From contig OZ245838.1 of assembly GCA_965228735.1 (NCBI GenBank), forward strand, positions 1,952,001-2,016,000: a DNA stretch of 64,000 bases, given 5' to 3'. Shown piece after piece: positions 1-9,755 of the stretch (position 1 is the stretch's first letter; every line of letters starts with the position of its first letter). Under the pieces are notes generated by a model that was not told the DNA's origin, made no database searches, and worked only from the letters and a program-made list of their open reading frames with translations. The stretch comes from Planctomycetota bacterium (GTDB taxonomy: Bacteria > Planctomycetota > UBA1135 > UBA2386). Both the position numbers and the translations under genes were made by a program.

Positions 1-94
1 CGCCGCTGTTCACCTGGGAACGCGAACGCCTCGATCGCGGCGAAGGCCGCCGGTGAGCCAGGCAGGCGCAGGCCGTGCGGACTACAATCACGGC

Positions 95-1885
95 ATGCGG
101 CTCCTGACCCCTCTGGCTGCGCTTCTGCTCGGGATCGTCACCGCCATCGCGCCAGCACTCGGGCAGCGCGCGCCGTGCACGGGCACCGTGACGGTGCCGG
201 GCGGCGAACCGCTGACCGGCGCGGTCGTCACGTTCTGCCAGGACCCGGCGCAGCGGCTCGGGAACGAACCCGATCGGGTCGAGGTGCGAACCGACGAGAA
301 CGGACGCTACGAGGCGATGCTCCGTCCCGGCTCGAGCTACGCCGGTTGGGCGATCGGGCCGGCCGTGAAGAACGGTCAACGCTGGGTGACGGGGCTCTTG
401 CTCGCGGGCGCCGCGGGGCGCCCGTTCGATCTCGTCGCGGAGCGGCAGGCGCGACCGCACGAGGTCGAGCTCTGCGGCGTCGATCGCTGGCGCACGTTCT
501 CGCCGCCCGCGGTTCGCGTCCTGCTCGGCGGTCAGTTCCGCTGCGGCCACGATCTGCCCGTGAACGGCGATGGCAAGGTGGTGCTCGGGCCGTGGCCCGG
601 TCACGACGCGGTGCTCGCGCTCGTCGACGACAAGCGGCAGCCGATGTGCGAGAGCCAACGGCTGCACGCCGGCGTCCTGCGCGCCCACTTCCCGTTCGCG
701 CACGACGTCGAGCTGATCGCGACGGATCTCGACGGCACGCCGATCGCAGGGGCCGAGGTCCACGTGCGGGACGATCAACGCAGCGAGTTCACGCGCACGT
801 GGGCCGGCCAGCGGCGCGCGACCGCACCCGTCCCGGCACCGCTGTGGCAGGAATGGCGCTACGTCGGGCGCACCGACGCGGAGGGCTCCTGCCGCCTGTC
901 GATCCCGCTCGCGACGCGCAAGGCGGATCGGAACGTCGCCCTGCTGGTGTCGGCGGCTGGCCATGCGCACGGCATGGCGGGCCTGAGCAACGGCGAGCCG
1001 ACGACCGGATCGGACCGGGTGGACGGCGGGCTGCGCTTCGTCGTCGAACTGCCGCCAGCCGACCCGCGCGACCTGCTCGTCATCGGCGCCGATCCCGGGC
1101 TCGAGGTGGAAGTCTCCACGTCGGTTCGGCTCGTCGGCAGAGCCGCCGCCTCGGCCTGGCAGCACGAGTATTGGCAGCAACCGCGGAACCTGGGCAGCGC
1201 GACCCCCGCCGTCGGTCCGCAGGACAGCATCTCGCACTGCCGAGTCCGGGCCCGGCGCTCCGAGGGCGACGCTGCACCGCCGCGGATCTGCGTCGGCACG
1301 GAGTGGCGCAGCGACCAGGACATCGAGTTCGACCTCGGCAAGCTCGTGCGCCGCACGCTCGTACTGCAGGACGAGAACCAGAACAACGTCCCGTTCGCGC
1401 ATGTCTGCATCGCGCTGCGACCCGATCCACCGGCCCGGTTCTTCGCCGTTCACGATCGCTGCATCGCGGACGCGAACGGCCGCATCGAGCTCTGGAGCAC
1501 CGACGCGGTCTGGGACGTCGTCGCCGTCGCAGGCCACCGCTGGTGCTGGTATCGCATCCCCATCGGCGACCGGCGCGCCGAGCACACGCTGCAGCTCGCA
1601 GCCGCGCCGACCGCGAACCTGCTGATCGTCGACGTCGACGGCCTGGCCGTTCCCGGCGCCCGGTTCGACGCGCAGCTCCGCACGCGGGGCCGGCCCGAGG
1701 ACCTTCTCGTGCGCGAGACCGCGATCTCCTGGCTGCGGCACGCCGCGAGCGGACGTGACGGCTCGCTCACCGTCCCGCTCCTCGGCGCGGAGCTGCGCGA
1801 GGTGCGCATCGCGCGCGGCGGGCTGCGGTCCTGGCGCACGAACATCGGACCGAACACGCAGCAGACCGAACTGATCCTGCACTGA
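95..1885 (+). CDS. Secreted hypothetical protein with carboxypeptidase-regulatory-like (Ig/transthyretin-like) repeats
   Basis: ORF 53..1885. ATG at 95 gives a signal-peptide-like N-terminus (MRLLTPLAALLLG...ALG) and is preceded by TACAAT. Repeated 'GxPxxGAxV...TDxxG' motifs. Confidence 0.6.
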   Translation: MRLLTPLAALLLGIVTAIAPALGQRAPCTGTVTVPGGEPLTGAVVTFCQDPAQRLGNEPDRVEVRTDENGRYEAMLRPGSSYAGWAIGPAVKNGQRWVTGLLLAGAAGRPFDLVAERQARPHEVELCGVDRWRTFSPPAVRVLLGGQFRCGHDLPVNGDGKVVLGPWPGHDAVLALVDDKRQPMCESQRLHAGVLRAHFPFAHDVELIATDLDGTPIAGAEVHVRDDQRSEFTRTWAGQRRATAPVPAPLWQEWRYVGRTDAEGSCRLSIPLATRKADRNVALLVSAAGHAHGMAGLSNGEPTTGSDRVDGGLRFVVELPPADPRDLLVIGADPGLEVEVSTSVRLVGRAAASAWQHEYWQQPRNLGSATPAVGPQDSISHCRVRARRSEGDAAPPRICVGTEWRSDQDIEFDLGKLVRRTLVLQDENQNNVPFAHVCIALRPDPPARFFAVHDRCIADANGRIELWSTDAVWDVVAVAGHRWCWYRIPIGDRRAEHTLQLAAAPTANLLIVDVDGLAVPGARFDAQLRTRGRPEDLLVRETAISWLRHAASGRDGSLTVPLLGAELREVRIARGGLRSWRTNIGPNTQQTELILH

Positions 1886-1933
1886 CTTGGCCTCGCCCTG
1901 CCCTGGGCGGTTCGCCGTCGCTACAGTGCCGCG

Positions 1934-3175
1934 ATGCCGAGTCGCCGCACGTTCCTCACCGCGTCCGCTGCCGGAGCAGCGGGCAGCCTGCTCGCGGCGT
2001 GCCGCGCGACCGCGAACGAGATCGACGACCTGCCGCGCGGGCGACCACGGCGCAGCGACTACACGCTCGATCCGGCGATCGCCTACCTCAACCACGGGGC
2101 GATCGGCACGACCCCGGCCGTCGTCCAACGCGCGCGGCAGCATTACCTCGATCTCTGCGAGACCAACCCGGCGCACTACATGTGGAACGAGCCGTGGCAG
2201 GAGCCGCGCGAAGAGGTGCGCCGGGATCTCGCGGCGCTGATCGGCTGCGGCAGCGACGAGCTCGCGATCACGCACAACACGACCGAAGGGTTCAACGTGC
2301 TCGCGCAGGGGCTGCCGCTCGCGAAGGGCGACGAGGTGTTGTTCAGTTCGTGGAACCACGCGGGCGCGTCGATCTGCTTCGACCACGGCGCCCGGCGGCG
2401 TGGCTACGTCGTGCGGCGGCTCGAGCTCGACCTCGAGTTGGGCAAGACACTCACCCCCGAGGACTGCATCGAGCGGCACGTCGCGGCCTGCACCGACCGG
2501 ACGCGCCTCGTCGTGCTGCCGCACATCGACAACCTCGTCGGCTACCGCACCCCGGTCCGCGAACTGACGCGGGCGCTGCGCGACCGCGGCGTCGAGTTCG
2601 TCGCGGCCGACGGCGCCCAGGCCGTCGGCATGATCCCCGTCGACATCGGCGAGCTCGGCGTCGACTTCTACGCGGGCAGTCCGCACAAGTGGCTGCAGAC
2701 GCCGAAGGGGCTCGGGCTGCTCTACGTGCGGCGGGATCTGCAGAACACGCTCGAACCGATGTGGCGCACCTGGGGCCAGCAACGCTGGGCCGGCAGCGCA
2801 CGCGTGTTCGAGGACTACGGCACCCGCAACCTCCCCGAGGTGCTCGCGCTCGGCGACGCGGTGCGGTTCCACCGGCGCACCGACGACATGACGCGCGCGA
2901 ACGCGCTGCGCGCCCTGCGAGAACTCGCGCAGGAGCTCGCCGCGGCCCACCCGCGGACCGAGTTCGGCTCGCCGACCTCGTTCGAACGCGGCAGCTCGCT
3001 GTTCGCGGTCCGGGTCCGAGACACCACGACGCAGGAGCTCGGCGAACGCTTCGCGGCCGCGGGCATCGTCGTGCGGCTCTTCCCGGCGAACGCCGACGTG
3101 CGCGTCCGCGTCTCGCCCAACCTGCTCAACGATGAGCAGGATCTGCGCCGGTTCTTCGCGGCGCTGCCGGCCTGA
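1934..3175 (+). CDS. Class V PLP-dependent aminotransferase (isopenicillin-N epimerase/cysteine desulfurase-like), Tat lipoprotein
   Basis: YLNHGAIG, NTTEG, DGAQ and SPHKW (PLP lysine) motifs. N-terminus SRRTFL...LLAAC is a twin-arginine signal plus lipobox. Confidence 0.85.
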   Translation: MPSRRTFLTASAAGAAGSLLAACRATANEIDDLPRGRPRRSDYTLDPAIAYLNHGAIGTTPAVVQRARQHYLDLCETNPAHYMWNEPWQEPREEVRRDLAALIGCGSDELAITHNTTEGFNVLAQGLPLAKGDEVLFSSWNHAGASICFDHGARRRGYVVRRLELDLELGKTLTPEDCIERHVAACTDRTRLVVLPHIDNLVGYRTPVRELTRALRDRGVEFVAADGAQAVGMIPVDIGELGVDFYAGSPHKWLQTPKGLGLLYVRRDLQNTLEPMWRTWGQQRWAGSARVFEDYGTRNLPEVLALGDAVRFHRRTDDMTRANALRALRELAQELAAAHPRTEFGSPTSFERGSSLFAVRVRDTTTQELGERFAAAGIVVRLFPANADVRVRVSPNLLNDEQDLRRFFAALPA

Positions 3176-3198
3176 GACTCGGCAGCGACGGATGGCGA

Positions 3199-4305
3199 TC
3201 AGTTGCCGATCAGGCCTTCTTCACCGTTCGACAACGCGAACCCCGCGGCGTTGCCCGCCGTGAACGCGATGCTCTGCACCGTGAGCCGCACGCCGACGAA
3301 GGCCGGCCCGGCCGGGATGTTCACCGGCACGACGGTCGTGCCGTTGACCGCTGGCGCCACGGCCTGGTTGAGGATCGACCCGAGCGGGATGTTGATGTCG
3401 CATCCCGGCGCCGGGTAGTTGAGCGTCGTCACCGGCAGCGGCGGGTCCTGCCGGCCGAGCGCGAAGTAGGTCACGGCGAGCGGCGAGCTCGCGTCGACTC
3501 CGGTCGTCGTGAGCTCCCACGTGTTGCCGACGAGCGGCGGCATCGTGCTCGCGAGCGTCAGCCCATCACAGCCGGCGCCGAACGACTCGGTCGAGGCGCA
3601 CCCCGTGCCGCCCGGCGTGTGGATCACCGTCCACCCCGCCGGCGACGGCTGCATGAGGATCGAATCGTTCCCCATGTCGAACGACTCCGCCGTCGTGAAC
3701 TCCTCGAACGTCGTGAGATCGGTCGTGACCGGGCTCGTCGAGAAGTCGACGCTGGCCGGCAGCGCGGCGGGCGTTCCGGGCGAGACCCCGATGACGCCGG
3801 TCTGCGACGTCTGGTACGTGGAGTTGTTCGTCACGTTCGGCCCGTAGACGAACTCGATGTTGCCCGAGTCGAACAGCTTGAGCTGGAACGCCATCTGGTT
3901 GTTCGGGATCCCGAAGCTCTCGACGTCGACCCACGTGACGGTGCAGACCGTGCCCTGCGCATCGATATAGACGTCACCGATGATCGTGAGGCCCGGGATC
4001 GTGTCGCTCCAGAACGGGCAGATGACCGGACCGTTCTGGACGAGGCTCGCCGCCGCCGGCGTGAACACGAGCGGCGACGCCGCCGGCAACGCGGGCTGGC
4101 CGTTGTCCGTGAGGAAGCAGATGCCGTGATCGGAGACGTGGATCTCGTTGTACGTCGCGCCGGCGAACGGGAAGTTGAAGCCGATCGGGTGGGGACCGTT
4201 GATCGAGTCCTGCACGATGGCGATCGGTGCACCGGGCGGCGTGATGCACTGCGCGCACACGACGGACGAGAGGAACAGAGCAGCCAGGATCGGCGACGTA
4301 CGCAT
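3199..4305 (-). CDS. Secreted hypothetical protein (nidogen-like N-terminal region plus shared C-terminal domain)
   Basis: Signal peptide ending VCA|Q. IGFNFPF-G...CPFW.D...FQLKL...G.IEF.Y pattern. C-terminal FGAGC...APGC...SNG...IG. Confidence 0.65.
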   Translation of the reverse strand: MRTSPILAALFLSSVVCAQCITPPGAPIAIVQDSINGPHPIGFNFPFAGATYNEIHVSDHGICFLTDNGQPALPAASPLVFTPAAASLVQNGPVICPFWSDTIPGLTIIGDVYIDAQGTVCTVTWVDVESFGIPNNQMAFQLKLFDSGNIEFVYGPNVTNNSTYQTSQTGVIGVSPGTPAALPASVDFSTSPVTTDLTTFEEFTTAESFDMGNDSILMQPSPAGWTVIHTPGGTGCASTESFGAGCDGLTLASTMPPLVGNTWELTTTGVDASSPLAVTYFALGRQDPPLPVTTLNYPAPGCDINIPLGSILNQAVAPAVNGTTVVPVNIPAGPAFVGVRLTVQSIAFTAGNAAGFALSNGEEGLIGN

Positions 4306-4467
4306 GGGAGTGATTCGCGAGGGGCAGGGCGGTGCGCCCTTGGAGCGGCGAGCAGTGTAGCTCGCGTCATGGGACCGTGTTAGGCCCCCCGTTCACGCCC
4401 GGCAGTCGACTCGGCGCCCGTTCTACCCGACCGCAACCGCGTTGGCCGCGAGCGCGGCGGCGGGGAT

Positions 4468-5967
4468 TCAGCCGCGCCGATGCCGCTGCCAGTCCGCGAC
4501 GACCGCGTGGTCCGCGCCGCCGCGGCGCCGCAGGAACGTCATGCTCGCGGCCGCAAGGGCCGGACGGCACGCGGGATGTGCCGCCGTGAGTTCCTCGAGC
4601 GCGGCGATCGTGACCTTGTAGTCGTGATCGTGCACGGCCTTCCGCGCGAGCAGGCCGATTGCGCGTTGACGAAACACGCGCGGATCGGCGATCGCCGAAC
4701 CCGCGAGTTCGCGCGCTCCGGCTTCGCTCGAAGCGGCAAACGGGTCGCCCGTCCGACCCGCTGGCGCGCGGGCGACGCGCAGGTCACGCGGTCCACGCGC
4801 CAACAAGAAGTCGCGGAACAGCACCATCCAATCCGCGGCCTGCAGCAGACACAGCCGACGCGTCGACTCGTCGTTGGTGATGCGACAGCCGCGCCACAAC
4901 GCGTTCACGGACGTGACCGGATGCATGCCGGCAATGTCGTCGTGGCGCATCGCGAGCTCGAACGCGGTGAGTCGGATGCCGTCCCACACCGCACGCTCGC
5001 CGACGCCCCGCTGCAGGTGCAGGACGACGGCCGGGGCGGCATCGGCGAGCGTCGCGTCGCGCAGTTGTTCGAGCAGGCGGAAGCTCTTGTCGGGATCGTC
5101 GGAACCGCGCTGCCAGCCCGCGGGGATCCCGGCGATGCGCTCGCGGTTCTGCTCGAATCCCGCGAGGATGCGCCGGCTCTCGTCGTCGGCGAACCGGCCG
5201 TAGGGATTCTGATCGAGCACGCCGCGCACGAGCGAACGCGCGCCGGCCTGACCGAGCCGCCAGCCGAGATCCTCGAGCGCGCGGAACGTCTGCACCGCGA
5301 AGATCATCTTGTGGCCGATGATCCGGAAGTCGCGCACGGCCCACGGCCACAGCAGCTCGAAGAACTCGCGCATCGAGAGCTCGCCGTGGAGCATCGTCGC
5401 GGCGCGGTCACCGGCGGGCTCGTCCCACTTCTGCATGGCGCCTTCGAACGCGGCGATGTGCTCCGCGCGCGTGCCGCCGTCCTGGGCCGGCGGCGGCGGC
5501 ATCACCCAATCACCGCCATCGCCGCTCTCGTCCCGCCGCACGCTGCGCTTCACCCGCTGCAGATGGAAGAGCACGGGCAACGCGCGTTCCGCAGCGGGCA
5601 GCTCGGCCACGGCGACCGCGGCGGACGCCACCATCATCAACGCGTGCACCTGGCCGCCGATCGGACTCGGGTCGATCTCGCGCAGACCGGCGAGGTAGGC
5701 CGCGGACAGGATGTCGCGCTCGGTCCAGTCACCGTCGAGCCAGCCGAGCGCCTTGCTGCTGAGTTCGTCCGCGTCGGTCGCGAGGATCTCGTCGGCGAGC
5801 CGATCGAGCTCGCCGGCAACCTCCGATCGTTCGAGATCCCGATCCGGACCGACTCCTTCGAGCGCTTCGAGGCGGGCGAGCGCGCGCGCCCGCGCCGCGG
5901 TCTCCGAGCTGCACGCAGCTGCGGCACCACCGGCGACGACACCGCGCAGGAAGCTGCGTCGTTGCAT
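4468..5967 (-). CDS. Tat-exported helical hypothetical protein with repeated His motifs
   Basis: Start re-set to ATG 5967 (MQRRSFL, Tat motif; TAGAAT 7 nt upstream). Motifs QVHALM, IGHKMIF, GMHPVT, HDYK. Confidence 0.65.
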   Translation of the reverse strand: MQRRSFLRGVVAGGAAAACSSETAARARALARLEALEGVGPDRDLERSEVAGELDRLADEILATDADELSSKALGWLDGDWTERDILSAAYLAGLREIDPSPIGGQVHALMMVASAAVAVAELPAAERALPVLFHLQRVKRSVRRDESGDGGDWVMPPPPAQDGGTRAEHIAAFEGAMQKWDEPAGDRAATMLHGELSMREFFELLWPWAVRDFRIIGHKMIFAVQTFRALEDLGWRLGQAGARSLVRGVLDQNPYGRFADDESRRILAGFEQNRERIAGIPAGWQRGSDDPDKSFRLLEQLRDATLADAAPAVVLHLQRGVGERAVWDGIRLTAFELAMRHDDIAGMHPVTSVNALWRGCRITNDESTRRLCLLQAADWMVLFRDFLLARGPRDLRVARAPAGRTGDPFAASSEAGARELAGSAIADPRVFRQRAIGLLARKAVHDHDYKVTIAALEELTAAHPACRPALAAASMTFLRRRGGADHAVVADWQRHRRG

Positions 5968-6121
5968 GGTGCCGATTCTACTGCGACCTCGAGGGGAACG
6001 TTCCGCGGCCGGGCAGAAGACCCGATCAGGCGAGCGCCGTGAGCACAGCCGGCATGAACTCGGGGCGATCGTCCGGCTTGCGCGAGTTCGGCATCGTGAG
6101 GACTGCACGTGGATCGCCGCG

Positions 6122-6619
6122 TCAGCGATGGCGCATCTGCAGCTTGTCGGCCTTCTCGCGCAGGTGCTGCCGCTTGTCGTGCGTCTTCCGCCCGCGACCG
6201 ACGCCGACCGTGACCTTGGCGTAGCCCTTGCTGCCAAAGTAGACGCGCAACGGCACGAGAGTCATGCCTTTGATCAGCGCCTTGGTGCGCAGCTTCTCGA
6301 GCTCGCTCTTGTGCAGCAGACACTTCCGCCGGCGCGTCGGCTCGTGGTTCTGCACGTTGCCGTGGCTGTACTCGGGGATGTTCGCGCCGATGAGCCAGAG
6401 CTCCTCGCCATCGAAGCGGGCGTAGGCCTCCTCGAGGCTGACCTTGCCGGCGCGCAGACTCTTGACCTCGGTCCCGCGCAGCACGAGGCCGCACTCGTAG
6501 CGCTCGGTGATCTCGTAGTGGAACCGCGCCTTGCGGTTCTCGCCGACGAGGATCTCCTTGCCGCCAGCGGCCCCCGCCGCCGTCGCCTGCTTGCTCTTGT
6601 TCTTGCCGCCCTTGGCCAT
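6122..6619 (-). CDS. smpB: SsrA-binding protein SmpB
   Basis: NRKARFHY, GLVLRGTEVKSLR, RRRKCLLHK and GRKTHDKR motifs. Start MAKGGK at 6619. Confidence 0.97.
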   Translation of the reverse strand: MAKGGKNKSKQATAAGAAGGKEILVGENRKARFHYEITERYECGLVLRGTEVKSLRAGKVSLEEAYARFDGEELWLIGANIPEYSHGNVQNHEPTRRRKCLLHKSELEKLRTKALIKGMTLVPLRVYFGSKGYAKVTVGVGRGRKTHDKRQHLREKADKLQMRHR

Positions 6620-6679
6620 GCTCCGTGGAACCTCGTGGGGGAAAGCTCGGACAACCGCCGGCCTTTGGCAAGGATCCCC

Positions 6680-6707
6680 TTGCATCGCCTGAGGCCGTGG
6701 TTACTTT
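6680..6707 (+). promoter_or_regulatory. Sigma70-type promoter for tRNA-Leu
   Basis: TTGCAT (6680-6685)-N16-TACTTT (6702-6707), 15 nt before the tRNA. Confidence 0.5.
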
Positions 6708-6722
6708 CCTCAGCCCTCACCT

Positions 6723-6811
6723 GCCCAGGTGGCGGAATTGGCAGACGCGCTAGGTTCAGGTCCTAGTGGGATTAATATCCCATGGAGGTTCAAGTCCTCT
6801 CCTGGGCACCA
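6723..6811 (+). tRNA. tRNA-Leu (anticodon CAG)
   Basis: Acceptor stem GCCCAGG/CCTGGGC, D-loop GGCGGAATTGGCAGAC, anticodon arm CTAGG-TTCAGGT-CCTAG, long variable arm, GGTTCAAGTCC T-loop, encoded CCA. Confidence 0.97.
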
Positions 6812-6813
6812 TT

Positions 6814-6865
6814 TCCTCTCTCCTGGCCCCTCTATCTGGCCCCTCTCTCTGGCCCCTCTCTCTGG
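6814..6865 (+). repeat. Four tandem copies of a 13-bp unit (consensus CCCCTCTCTCTGG)
   Basis: TCCTCTCTCCTGG / CCCCTCTATCTGG / CCCCTCTCTCTGG / CCCCTCTCTCTGG directly after the tRNA CCA. Confidence 0.85.
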
Positions 6866-6921
6866 CCGGCAGCTTCGGGGCGTCGCGAGATCGAGACGGG
6901 TCGCGAGAGACGGAGCGTGTG

Positions 6922-8142
6922 ATGACTCTTCGAACGGAGCTCAACCACGACATCCCGGTCGCCCGACCCGGCGAGTTCGCGCCGCTGTCCCTCGGCCCCG
7001 CGCCCATCGGCCCCGCTTCGGACGGTACTCCGAACGGTGAACTCACGGTCGACCCGCCCGTCGTGCTCGCGCCGATGGCGGGCGTCACGAACGCGCCGTT
7101 CCGGTCGCTGTGCCGGCGGTTCTCGAACGACCGCTGCCTCTACGTGAGCGAGATGATCACGGCGCGCGCGTTCGTCGAAGGGCACGCCCGCACGCTCAAG
7201 CTCGCCTCGTTCGGCAGCGACGAGGCGACCAAGAAGAGCATCCAGCTCTACGGCACCAACCCGCGCACGCTGGCCGAGGCGACGCGCGTGCTCGTCGAGG
7301 ACTGGGGCGTCCACCACATCGACATGAACTTCGGCTGCCCGGTGCGCAAGGTCACGGGCAACGGCGGCGGCGCGGCGATCCCGGCGCGACCGAGTCTGCT
7401 GCGGCGCATCGTGCAGAGCGTCGTCGCGAGCGCGGGCGACGTGCCGGTGACGATCAAGTTCCGCAAGGGCATCGACGACGACCTGCTGACCTTCCTCGAC
7501 GCGGGCCGCATCGGTGAGGAGGAGGGCGTGCGCGCCGTCGCGCTGCACGCGCGCACCGCGGCGCAGCTCTACGCCGGCGACGCGGACTGGGACGCGATCG
7601 GCGAGCTCAAGCAGGCGGTGACGACGATCCCCGTCCTCGGCAACGGCGACATCTTCGAGTGCTGGGACGCGCTGCGCATGCTGCGCCACACCGGGTGCGA
7701 CGGCGTCGTCGTCGGCCGCGGGTGCCTCGGCCGACCGTGGCTGTTCGGCGAGCTCTGCGCGGTGCTCACGGGGCACGAGCCGCCGCTGCCGCCCGACTCC
7801 GGCGGCGTCGTCGACACGCTGCTCGAGCACGCGCGCCTGCTCGTCGAGTTCTTCGGCGAGAAGAACGGCATGCAGCAGATCCGCAAGTTCACGGGGTGGT
7901 ACCTGAAGGGCTTTCCGGGCACCAAGAAGCACCTGCCCGCACTTCACCTCGTGAAGACCTACGCGGAACTCGCGGCCGCGGTCGAGCCGATTCCACGCGA
8001 CCTGCCGTACCCGGAGAGCGCGCTGCGCGCCCGCCGCTGCAAGGGCGGCCGCACGCAGGTCGTCGCCCTGCCCCAGGGGTTCCTCACCTGCGCCGACGAC
8101 GACCTCGTCGTCGACGACCCGGAGTTCATGGACGGCGGCTGA
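6922..8142 (+). CDS. dusB: tRNA-dihydrouridine synthase DusB
   Basis: LAPMAGVT, IDMNFGCPVRKV, LHARTA, GNGDI and GRG motifs. Start moved to ATG 6922 because the longer ORF overlaps the tRNA. Confidence 0.92.
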   Translation: MTLRTELNHDIPVARPGEFAPLSLGPAPIGPASDGTPNGELTVDPPVVLAPMAGVTNAPFRSLCRRFSNDRCLYVSEMITARAFVEGHARTLKLASFGSDEATKKSIQLYGTNPRTLAEATRVLVEDWGVHHIDMNFGCPVRKVTGNGGGAAIPARPSLLRRIVQSVVASAGDVPVTIKFRKGIDDDLLTFLDAGRIGEEEGVRAVALHARTAAQLYAGDADWDAIGELKQAVTTIPVLGNGDIFECWDALRMLRHTGCDGVVVGRGCLGRPWLFGELCAVLTGHEPPLPPDSGGVVDTLLEHARLLVEFFGEKNGMQQIRKFTGWYLKGFPGTKKHLPALHLVKTYAELAAAVEPIPRDLPYPESALRARRCKGGRTQVVALPQGFLTCADDDLVVDDPEFMDGG

Positions 8143-8183
8143 GAGGCCCCGTTCGGCACCCGGGCCTGCCAGCATGAACCCAA

Positions 8184-8222
8184 TACCGTACGGCTAGGTC
8201 GCGGTACCGTACGGCTAGGTCG
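8184..8222. repeat. Perfect 18-bp direct repeat TACCGTACGGCTAGGTCG x2 (period 21) spanning the stop codon of the L,D-transpeptidase gene
   Basis: Copies at 8184-8201 and 8205-8222. Confidence 0.85.
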
Positions 8223-9507
8223 ACTGGTTGGCGCGGATCTCGACGGTCGCGCCGCGGGGCAGGATCTCGAAGAGTTCGGCGATGTCCGGCGCGTACATCC
8301 GGATGCAGCCCATCGACGACATCGTGCCGATCGTCTCCGGCATCGGCGTCCCGTGCGCGCCGAAGCCGATGTAGGACGGGTGGCCGAACTTGATGAAGTA
8401 CTCGCCGAGGATGTTGTCCTGGTGGCCGTACGGCAGAACCCGCCCGTCCGGCGCGGTCCACTGCGGGCGTGGCTGCTTCGCGATCACGTCGAACGTCGTC
8501 ACGGGCGTCTTGTCGTTGGCACCGAGTCCGACCCAGTAGAGCCGCAGCAGCGTGTCGCCGACGTAGAGCCCGAGCGAGAAGCTGCGCTTCTCGACGATCG
8601 CGCGGATCGGCGCGACCGGCACCTTGAGGCGCTGACCAACCTGGATCGCGTTCTTGTTGTGGATGCGGTTGAGGGCCGCGATCGTGCCCTCCTCGACCAT
8701 GACGCCCTCGCGCCGGAATCGACCGGCGATGCGGTTGAGGCTGTCGCCGCTCTTGACCGTGTAGGACCGCGCGCCCGCGACGTTCTGCGGGTCGCAGAGC
8801 CAGCGGTCGGCGCGGATGCGATACTGCGCGTAGGCGCGATCGACCGCGGCGCGGGCGTCGGCGTCGTGCTTCCTGATGTGCCCGCGCAGGCAGAGTTCGA
8901 GATAGCGCGAGCCCGCGGCGACGGCCTCCGGATCGGGCAGCTTCATCGCCGCCTCGAACGCGCGGGCACCGAGCTCGCGACCGGTCGGCACGTGCAAGAA
9001 CGTGTTGTGCGTGCCGAGCCGCGCGAACAGCTGCGCGAACGTCGTCTCGGGCTGCAGCGCGTCACCCTGCAACGCACCGAGCAGTTGCTGCGACGGCCCG
9101 GCCAGCAGGCGCCCGGATTGCAGGGCGATCCACGCCTGCTCGACCGCCGCGGGTTCGCGGGCCTGGATGCGGGCGAGCAGCTCCTGCAGCGCCTGTTGGC
9201 CAGCAGCGTCGAGCGCCGCGGGCGCGGGGGTGGCGGGCGGCGCCGCGTTCTCGGCACCGTCAGCCGCGGCGTTCGCGGTCGGCTGCTGGGGGCTGCCACG
9301 CCCGAGCAGTTCCGAGAAGCCGGAGGTCTGCATGGTGTTGCCGCCAGCAGCCGGCCCACCCGGAACCTGACCGTTCCGATGCGCGCCGCTGTCGTCCACC
9401 ACACCGCCAACCGGATCACCTCCCGCCTGTGCCGTGGGCACGAAGTAGGAGTCATAGATCCACCAACAGACTGCCGCCAGCAGTCCGAGTACCAGTATCT
9501 GTCGCAT
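8215..9507 (-). CDS. LysM-containing L,D-transpeptidase (YkuD family), membrane anchored
   Basis: N-terminal TM helix, YTVKSGDSLNRIA LysM, catalytic GAHGT...SMGCIRM motif. Confidence 0.9.
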   Translation of the reverse strand: MRQILVLGLLAAVCWWIYDSYFVPTAQAGGDPVGGVVDDSGAHRNGQVPGGPAAGGNTMQTSGFSELLGRGSPQQPTANAAADGAENAAPPATPAPAALDAAGQQALQELLARIQAREPAAVEQAWIALQSGRLLAGPSQQLLGALQGDALQPETTFAQLFARLGTHNTFLHVPTGRELGARAFEAAMKLPDPEAVAAGSRYLELCLRGHIRKHDADARAAVDRAYAQYRIRADRWLCDPQNVAGARSYTVKSGDSLNRIAGRFRREGVMVEEGTIAALNRIHNKNAIQVGQRLKVPVAPIRAIVEKRSFSLGLYVGDTLLRLYWVGLGANDKTPVTTFDVIAKQPRPQWTAPDGRVLPYGHQDNILGEYFIKFGHPSYIGFGAHGTPMPETIGTMSSMGCIRMYAPDIAELFEILPRGATVEIRANQST

Positions 9508-9549
9508 AACCGCCTCCGTGGGCGAGCGTACCCGATACGGGTGGGAAAT

Positions 9550-9755
9550 CGAGAGGCTCCGCACCGCCATCACCGTCGGCGGAGGTCGGTTGAACCCTTG
9601 TGCTCAGGTGGGCTCCCCCCGGAGTGCCCAGGATGCGGGCGGGCAACGCCTCCCGCTCCCGGGGAAACTCACGAGGTCGGATCCCGGCGCGTGTTCATCG
9701 GTTCAACTTTATTGACCCGCGCTCAGCAACGAGTGCTGCAGTGCGGAGCCTTCGA
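9550..9755 (-). ncRNA. ssrS: Probable 6S RNA
   Basis: About 205-nt intergenic rod. Terminal stem AGGCTCCGCAC (9554-9564) / GTGCGGAGCCT (9741-9751), inner stem GTTGAACC (9589-9596) / GGTTCAAC (9700-9707). Minus-strand CACCTGAGCACAAGGGTTCAA resembles the conserved 6S 3' motif. -10 box TAGACT at 9772-9767. Confidence 0.75.

Noticed and set aside
1..56. Probable 3' end of an upstream gene (…PLFTWERERLDRGEGRR*)
   Set aside because: Too short to identify within the window.
6729..7040. ORF MAELADALGSGPSG...
   Set aside because: It is a translation of the tRNA-Leu sequence.
6723..8142. Possible integrative element at tRNA-Leu
   Set aside because: No integrase and no distant copy of the tRNA 3' end were seen. 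The next gene is housekeeping dusB.
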